A stretch of 53,104 nucleotides of DNA from Phycisphaerales bacterium (GTDB taxonomy: Bacteria > Planctomycetota > Phycisphaerae > WQYP01), in contig DAIDJN010000021.1 of NCBI GenBank assembly GCA_027451365.1, positions 1 through 53,104 on the forward strand. Direction: 5' to 3'. Shown piece by piece: positions 47,666-53,104 of this stretch (position 1 is the stretch's first letter; each line of letters begins with the position of its first letter). A program made the translations under genes and the position numbers. The notes under the pieces are model-generated. The model saw nothing but the letters and a program-made list of their open reading frames with translations, had not been told where the DNA came from and searched no databases.

Positions 47666-49252
47666 CTATTTTGCCGGGGCATTCTGCGGTGCCGTGGTTG
47701 GCGTTCCAAGAGGATCCCACGCGCGGCCATCACGTGCGAGCAGGGCATCGGCTTCCTCCGGCCCCCAACTTCCCGGCGCGTACGATGAGAGTTTCACCGC
47801 ATCGGCTTTCCATGCATCTTCAATCGCATCAATGATCGCCCAGGATCCTTCAACTTCGTCACGGCGGATAAACAGTGTTGAGTCGCCAATAATTGCATCC
47901 AGCAGCAGGCGCTCGTATGCTTCCGGCGAATAGCTGCCAAAGGCTTCATGGTATTCAAAATCCAGGGCCGCGCGGGCGATTTGCGTAACAGTACCCGGGA
48001 TTTTCGCGTTCATTAGAAGTGAAATTCCTTCGTTGGGTCCAACCCGCACCTTTAGTACATTGCGTTCCAGTCGGCGGCCGGGTGCGTTAAAAAGAACGCC
48101 CGGTGCGGAATTAAAATGGATATTGACTTCCGAGCCTTGCAGTTTCATCTGCTTGCCGCTTCGCAGATAAAACGGGACGCCCTGCCACCGCCAGTTGTTG
48201 ATATAAAGCTTTACCGCCGCATAGGTTTCAGTGGTGCTTTCAGGGGAAACACGGTCCTCCTGCCGGTAGGCCTTTACGGGTTTGCTTTTGTTTTCACCGG
48301 CTGCATACTGGCCACGTACTGTCCATTGGGCCGCCTGGTCCGCCGAATAGGGCGGAATGGATTTAAGCACGCGGACTTTTTCATCGCGGATCGCATCGCC
48401 ATCCAGCGCCACCGGCGGCTCCATGGCAATCAGTGTCAACAATTGCATTAAATGGTTTTGCACCATGTCCCGCAGGGTGCCGGCACTTTCAAAGTATCCG
48501 CCGCGGCCTTCCACGCCCAGTGTTTCCCCCACGGTAATCTGAACATGGTCCACATATCGGCGGTTCCAGATAGGTTCAAAAATACCGTTGGCAAAGCGCA
48601 GCACCAGCAGGTTCTGCACGGTCTGTTTGCCCAGGTAATGGTCTATGCGAAACACCTGTGATTCATCAAACGCGCGGTTGATGCGGTTGTTCAGTTGCCG
48701 GGCGGTCTGCTGGTTGGTGCCGAATGGCTTTTCGACAATAACGCGCCGCCATGCACCGGCATTAAACGGGTCAATATTTCCCAGGCCCGCATCCCCAAGG
48801 TGATCAATAATAGTTCCAAATTCCGCCGGACTGGTGGACAGGTAAAAAAGCCGTCGTCCCTGCGTGCCATGCCTCTGGTCAATCTGTTCCAGCCTTTTGG
48901 CCAGGTCGCGGTAGCCGTCGGCATTTTCAAAGGAACTCTGGTGGTAATAGAGTCGCGGTGCCAGATCCCGCCAGATGGCTTCGTCAGCCGGTTTGCAGCG
49001 GGAAAACTGACTGATTGCATCGTGCATTTCCTGGCGGAACTGTTCATCCGTTTTGGGGCGCCGCGCGAACCCGACCACGACGGTCGATTTGGAAAGCAGA
49101 TTTTCGCGGCTTAAATTATAGATAGCCGGCAAAAGCTTGCGCGCTGTCAGGTCCCCGGTGGCACCGAAGATCACAATCACGCACGGTTGCGCGGATGACC
49201 CGGCGGATTCACCAGTTTGCTTCGTGGACGGGGGAGGCAGCTTTTCCGACAT
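47666..49252 (-). CDS. zwf: Glucose-6-phosphate 1-dehydrogenase
   Basis: FGATGDL, EKPFG, RIDHYLGK, RDMVQNHL and YERLL. Confidence 0.98.
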   Translation of the reverse strand: MSEKLPPPSTKQTGESAGSSAQPCVIVIFGATGDLTARKLLPAIYNLSRENLLSKSTVVVGFARRPKTDEQFRQEMHDAISQFSRCKPADEAIWRDLAPRLYYHQSSFENADGYRDLAKRLEQIDQRHGTQGRRLFYLSTSPAEFGTIIDHLGDAGLGNIDPFNAGAWRRVIVEKPFGTNQQTARQLNNRINRAFDESQVFRIDHYLGKQTVQNLLVLRFANGIFEPIWNRRYVDHVQITVGETLGVEGRGGYFESAGTLRDMVQNHLMQLLTLIAMEPPVALDGDAIRDEKVRVLKSIPPYSADQAAQWTVRGQYAAGENKSKPVKAYRQEDRVSPESTTETYAAVKLYINNWRWQGVPFYLRSGKQMKLQGSEVNIHFNSAPGVLFNAPGRRLERNVLKVRVGPNEGISLLMNAKIPGTVTQIARAALDFEYHEAFGSYSPEAYERLLLDAIIGDSTLFIRRDEVEGSWAIIDAIEDAWKADAVKLSSYAPGSWGPEEADALLARDGRAWDPLGTPTTAPQNAPAK

Positions 49253-49376
49253 TCCTTACACTCCAATGCCTGCGCTTGAGCATTCTAAAACCGGAGGTAT
49301 TCTAGACTCAACTAGCCGTGCGGCCAACCCCGTCGGCTGAGTCTTTTGTTTTCATGGCTCTTTTCTGAAAGAAAAT

Positions 49377-49922
49377 ATGAATCAGACCAATATACCCGCG
49401 GGCGAAAGTCTATTGTGGGCACCCTGGCGGCTCGATTACATCCGGTCTGTGGCCACCGGCAATGAAGGCTGCTTCCTGTGCCAGTATGCCGCCGCTCCGC
49501 AGGCTGATGCAATAAACCTGGTCATTGCCCGCTCGCCCCACGCGCTCCTGGTCATGAACAAATTTCCGTATGTCAATGGGCACCTGCTGGTGGCGCCCTA
49601 TCGTCACGCAGCAGACCTAGGTGATTTTTCCGCTGAAGAACGGTCCTCCATGATGGAACTTGCCGTGCATGCACAAAAACTTATGTTCGGCGCGATGAAT
49701 CCGCAGGGGTACAACATCGGTATCAATCAGGGACGCTGCGCCGGGGCCGGCCTGCCCGGGCATGTCCACATGCACGTGGTGCCACGATGGAGCGGTGATG
49801 TGAATTTTATGAGTGTCGTCGGTCAGGTGCGGGTCATTCCGCAGGCCCTGGACCAGGCGTACAGTCAACTTCAGGCAGAGCACCAGCGCCTTGAGTCCGC
49901 TCAGGCACCTGGGCGTGCTTAG
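49377..49922 (+). CDS. HIT-family nucleotide hydrolase/phosphorylase
   Basis: LWAPWR, CFLC, NKFPYVNGHL and histidine triad HVHMHVVPRW. Confidence 0.92.
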   Translation: MNQTNIPAGESLLWAPWRLDYIRSVATGNEGCFLCQYAAAPQADAINLVIARSPHALLVMNKFPYVNGHLLVAPYRHAADLGDFSAEERSSMMELAVHAQKLMFGAMNPQGYNIGINQGRCAGAGLPGHVHMHVVPRWSGDVNFMSVVGQVRVIPQALDQAYSQLQAEHQRLESAQAPGRA

Positions 49923-49962
49923 GCTAACCGACCGCTGTTTGCCACAAGCCAGCGCCTGGGAT

Positions 49963-51072
49963 TTATTTTTGAATCAGCATTTCCAGTTGCAAATGCCGGT
50001 TGTAACGCTGCAGTGCCGCAAGCAGTTCATCCATATTCCCCGCGATAATCCGTTCCAGAGCGAAATTTTCATTTAGTCGGTGATCGGTCAATCGGTTCTG
50101 TGGAAAGTTGTAGGTGCGTATGCGAGCGTTTCGGTCTCCGCTGCCGATCATCTGTTTGCGGGCGCTGGACCGCGCAGCGTTCCGCTGATTGTCAAAATGT
50201 TCAAAGACGCGCGAACGCAAAATTCGCCAGGCTTTGTCACGGTTTTTGTGCTGGCTCCGTTCATCGCGCATGCGCACCGTGATGCCCGTGGGCAAGTGGG
50301 TCAACTGCACTGCGGATTCCACTTTGTTGACATTTTGCCCGCCCGGCCCTCCGGCGCGAGACACATCTTCGCGCACGTCCGCGGGATTGATGACAATGTC
50401 CGACTGGTCCGGTTCTGGCAAAACCGCCACGGTTGACGCACTGGTGTGCACCCGTCCCTGCGTTTCTGTTTCCGGCACCCGCTGCACGCGATGCCCACCG
50501 CCTTCCATTGCCAGGGCGCGATACACGCCGCTGCCGCGCACGCTGGCAATTAATTCCCGGAAACCGCCGCGTTCGCCAGGCGAAAAATCAATCACTTCAA
50601 ACCGCCAGCCGGATTTATCCGCATGGCGGTGGTACATGTCCGCCAGGTCCCCGACAAAAAGAGCTGCCTCGTCGCCGCCGGTGCCCGCCCGAATTTCAAG
50701 AATCACGGATTCCACCTGAACCTGATCCGCCTCCAGCACGTCATCCACCAGCCGTTCCATCCGGCGGGCGAGTTCGGCCGCAAGGCCGCTTGCTTCGGTT
50801 GCGGCAAATGCATGCATTTCCGATGTTTGCGCCGGGTCGTTGGACAGAAACAGGGCGTCGTCGTATTCGGCTTTTACCGCGCAGTATTCCTTATACGCGG
50901 CCAATGACCGGATCAGTCGTCCATTTTCCCGTGACAACGCCACCAGCCGTGCCGGGTTTGTCGCGATCTGTGGATCTTGAAGGTCAAGTTCAATCTGGCG
51001 CTGCCGTGCCGCCATGTCCGCCAGGGACTTTAGAACAATGGCCTTGGCCGCTTGGTCTCGGTCAACTGACAT
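49963..51072 (-). CDS. prfA: Peptide chain release factor 1
   Basis: EIRAGTGGDEA, PxT motif (RVPETE), GGQ and IRTYNFPQNRLTDHR. Located downstream of rpmE; ATG at 51072 follows AGGA. Confidence 0.95.
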   Translation of the reverse strand: MSVDRDQAAKAIVLKSLADMAARQRQIELDLQDPQIATNPARLVALSRENGRLIRSLAAYKEYCAVKAEYDDALFLSNDPAQTSEMHAFAATEASGLAAELARRMERLVDDVLEADQVQVESVILEIRAGTGGDEAALFVGDLADMYHRHADKSGWRFEVIDFSPGERGGFRELIASVRGSGVYRALAMEGGGHRVQRVPETETQGRVHTSASTVAVLPEPDQSDIVINPADVREDVSRAGGPGGQNVNKVESAVQLTHLPTGITVRMRDERSQHKNRDKAWRILRSRVFEHFDNQRNAARSSARKQMIGSGDRNARIRTYNFPQNRLTDHRLNENFALERIIAGNMDELLAALQRYNRHLQLEMLIQK

Positions 51073-51133
51073 GGTACGCATCCTGTGAATGAATCGTTCC
51101 CGCCATTCGCTTAGAATCGCGGCGGAGGGAGGA

Positions 51134-51179
51134 CAAAACAAAATCGCCGTGCCAACTGTTGCCAGCGGGCACGACGATT
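51134..51179 (-). terminator. Putative intrinsic terminator/attenuator between rpmE and prfA
   Basis: Minus strand AATCGTCGTGCC...GGCACGGCGATT followed by TTGTTTTG. Confidence 0.55.
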
Positions 51180-51201
51180 CAATGGATTCAAGACAGATAA
51201 A

Positions 51202-51432
51202 CTACTTGGCGGCTGCGGGAGCGGCTTTCATCGAGAAGTTGGCGAACTTCTTCTGGAAGCGTTCCACACGGCCAGCGGTATCCACAAATTTCTGTTTGCC
51301 CGTATAGAACGGATGGCAGACGCCGCAGATTTCAACTTCAATGTGCTTGAGCGCTGAACCGGTTTCGAAAGTGTTGCCGCAGGCGCAGCGAACTTTGACA
51401 AAGTTGTAAGTTGGATGGGTATTTTCTTTCAT
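51202..51432 (-). CDS. rpmE: 50S ribosomal protein L31 (Zn-binding type)
   Basis: [26 protein letters not shown] and GRVERF. Confidence 0.97.
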   Translation of the reverse strand: MKENTHPTYNFVKVRCACGNTFETGSALKHIEVEICGVCHPFYTGKQKFVDTAGRVERFQKKFANFSMKAAPAAAK

Positions 51433-51511
51433 GGCGATTTCCTCTTTTATTCAATGCCGCCCTGCAGGCGGTACACTGGTTCTTCCCGGAGCCACAGCTC
51501 CTGTAACATAA

Positions 51512-51584
51512 TAGCGGCGTCCGGACTCGAACCGGAGACCTTGGGCTTATGAATCCCGCGCTCTACCAACTGAGCTACGCCGCC
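51512..51584 (-). tRNA. tRNA-Met (CAT), most likely elongator; CCA not encoded
   Basis: GGCGGCG-TA-GCTC...GAGC-G-CGGGA-TTCATAA-GCCCA-AGGTC-TCCGG-TTCGAGT-CCGGA-CGCCGCT-A. G1-U72 pair, so no initiator C1:A72 mismatch. Confidence 0.9.
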
Positions 51585-51599
51585 GCAACCAGACCGGAA

Positions 51600-51629
51600 A
51601 TTGTACCATCTCGGCCCCTGGTCCTGCAA
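51600..51629 (-). promoter_or_regulatory. Putative sigma70 promoter of tRNA-Met / rpmE
   Basis: Minus strand TTGCAG-N18-TACAAT with extended -10 TGgTACAAT, 15 bp upstream of the tRNA. Confidence 0.55.
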
Positions 51630-51878
51630 CTGGCAAATTTCCTTTTGACTTAGCGCTGTATCAGGCGGTGTATAGTGCCGTAAATGTATCCAGCAGGCCG
51701 GTGTTTCGATACGGCTATGGCGACCCGTCCAATGGGACCTTGCTTACTCCAACGCACAAACGGTCAGCTATAGCTGGTGCCAGCTCCGCTGAAACTGCCC
51801 AGGTTCTGGAACAGTACCGTGAGGTACTCCCTGTCAACTGGGCGCAAAACAGGCTTTGCTAAGAGAGAGTCTTCCTTC

Positions 51879-52727
51879 CTAACAAGGCAGCCCCGCCGCG
51901 CCACGGTTGCGACCGACCGTCGGTCGAGCCTGATATACTTCCGCCGGTGCCTGGTAACCCAGCGACTGATGCAACCGTTCCTGATTATAGAACTCAAAAT
52001 AATTCCTCAAACCCATGGTCGCCTCCGCCATCGTTTCGTATTCTTGGAGATAGAGGTTTTCATATTTCACCGTCCGCCAGAGACGTTCGATAAAAATATT
52101 GTCATACGCACGCCCGCGACCGTCCATGCTGATCTTGATCTGTGCTTGCTCCAAAGCGCCCACAAACGCGTCCGACGTAAATTGACATCCTTGATCGCTG
52201 TTGAATATCTCCGGTCGCCGCCGCAGGTGCATCGCACGCTCCAGGGCCGACAGACAAAAGCCTGTTTCCAATGTGTTGGATAGTTCCCACGATAACACGT
52301 ATCGGCTGAACCAATCCATGATCGCCACCAGATAGGCCCAGCCGGTATGCAATCCCACATAGGTAATATCAATGCACCAGACATGATCGGGGCGATCCAC
52401 CGTTAAGCCCCTAAGCAGATAGGGAAACCGCCTGTTTTCAGGGGCCGGAATCGTGGTATGCGGCTTGGGATAAATCGCCTCCAGCCCCATCTGCCGCATC
52501 AATCGCCGCACACGTTTAACTCCCACCCTCAGGCCCTGTCGACGCAGCCAGGCCGTCATACGCAATACGCCGTAAAATGGAGTTTCCAGATATTGTCGAT
52601 CAATAAGACCCATGATGATCAAATCCTCCGGATCCACAGGAGCCCGATGATAATACAAACTGCTGGCTGACAACCCTAGCAGTTCACACTGCCGCCGCAC
52701 CGACAACCGGGGATGGCCGACATCCAC
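51879..52727 (-). CDS. IS3-family transposase OrfB (DDE integrase core)
   Basis: WCIDITY, IMDWFSR, FNSDQGCQF, DNIFIERLWRTVKYE and YNQERLHQSLGY. The frame is open back to the A9 run at 52763-52771. Confidence 0.95.
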   Translation of the reverse strand: MDVGHPRLSVRRQCELLGLSASSLYYHRAPVDPEDLIIMGLIDRQYLETPFYGVLRMTAWLRRQGLRVGVKRVRRLMRQMGLEAIYPKPHTTIPAPENRRFPYLLRGLTVDRPDHVWCIDITYVGLHTGWAYLVAIMDWFSRYVLSWELSNTLETGFCLSALERAMHLRRRPEIFNSDQGCQFTSDAFVGALEQAQIKISMDGRGRAYDNIFIERLWRTVKYENLYLQEYETMAEATMGLRNYFEFYNQERLHQSLGYQAPAEVYQARPTVGRNRGAAGLPC

Positions 52728-52743
52728 CGCCTGACGCTTCTGG

Positions 52744-53037
52744 TCAGGCGTCCAGTCCAGACTTTTTTTTTAGCCAGGATAATTCCACCTGCAACCGACC
52801 TATCTGCTCGTACAACTGCGCCATCAACGCCGGCGAGGAATGGTTGGAGCCCTGAACAGACGATTCCTCAAACGCCATCGCTGAACATTCTACAAGACGC
52901 TTTTTCCACGCGGCAATACGCGAGGGATGAACCTGATACAAACCCGCCAACTCGCCAATTGTCCGCTGGCCCTTCATCGCCTCCATGGCCAGCTTGGCTT
53001 TGAACTGCGACGTAAAGTGACGACGTTTTCCCGACAT
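52744..53037 (-). CDS. IS3-family transposase OrfA (HTH + leucine zipper)
   Basis: RRHFTSQFKAKLA, HTH ELAGLYQVHPSRIAAWK, zipper LYEQIGRLQVELSWLKKK. Confidence 0.93.
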   Translation of the reverse strand: MSGKRRHFTSQFKAKLAMEAMKGQRTIGELAGLYQVHPSRIAAWKKRLVECSAMAFEESSVQGSNHSSPALMAQLYEQIGRLQVELSWLKKKSGLDA

Positions 53038-53104
53038 AAAATAGACTCCGAAAACTGGGAAAGAACTACCTTAGCAGCGCGCCCAGTTTTTGGGGAGTAT
53101 TACA

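Larger units (their letters stand above)
51820..53104 (-). mobile_element. Complete IS3-family insertion sequence (1285 bp)
   Basis: Terminal inverted repeats TGAGGTACTCCCTGTCAACTGGGCGC (51820) and TGTAATACTCCCCAAAAACTGGGCGC (reverse complement of the window end), 19/26 identical, with 5'-TG...CA-3' ends; contains orfA and orfB. Confidence 0.95.

Noticed and set aside
41617..49252. pyrK without adjacent pyrD and zwf without opcA/pgl (also trpF outside a trp operon, prfA without prmC)
   Set aside because: Dispersed pathway genes are common in planctomycete genomes; partners are probably elsewhere.
53079..53104. Window ends exactly on the IS left inverted repeat
   Set aside because: Most likely a contig break at a multi-copy IS. 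It is technical rather than biological, and it prevents checking the target-site duplication.

Overview
Bacterial chromosomal segment, inferred to be from a planctomycete (probably Phycisphaerae) on the basis of DUF1559/H-X9-DG pilin-like proteins, a dockerin-like + PEP-CTERM surface protein and a XylR-type regulator. The left 12 kb hold two related beta-helix surface proteins: the 3' end of a dockerin-like/PEP-CTERM protein and a 3723-aa type Va autotransporter built from duplicated modules. Next come a broken TPR gene and a solo IS3 right end, then pgpA, a DCC1-like thiol oxidoreductase, an ECF sigma factor with a putative anti-sigma that carries a DUF1559/H-X-DG pilin-like domain, a split MacAB-TolC-type exporter, ftsK, and a XylR / prepilin-DUF1559 / Tat-GH31 sugar cassette. 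The rest is mostly housekeeping (trpF, class II J-protein, NAD kinase, ruvX, manC, class V PLP enzyme, MoxR, DUF2203, GT4, pyrK, dxs, GH28, zwf, HIT, prfA, rpmE, tRNA-Met). The window ends with a complete IS3-family element whose left end coincides exactly with the last base. The best candidates for undescribed biology are (1) the ECF / pilin-domain anti-sigma / MacAB-TolC module with two matching AAC-N16-CGT promoter motifs and (2) the PEP-CTERM/autotransporter pair that shares passenger modules. No CRISPR array or rRNA was seen. All calls come from motif recognition by eye; no database searches were run.
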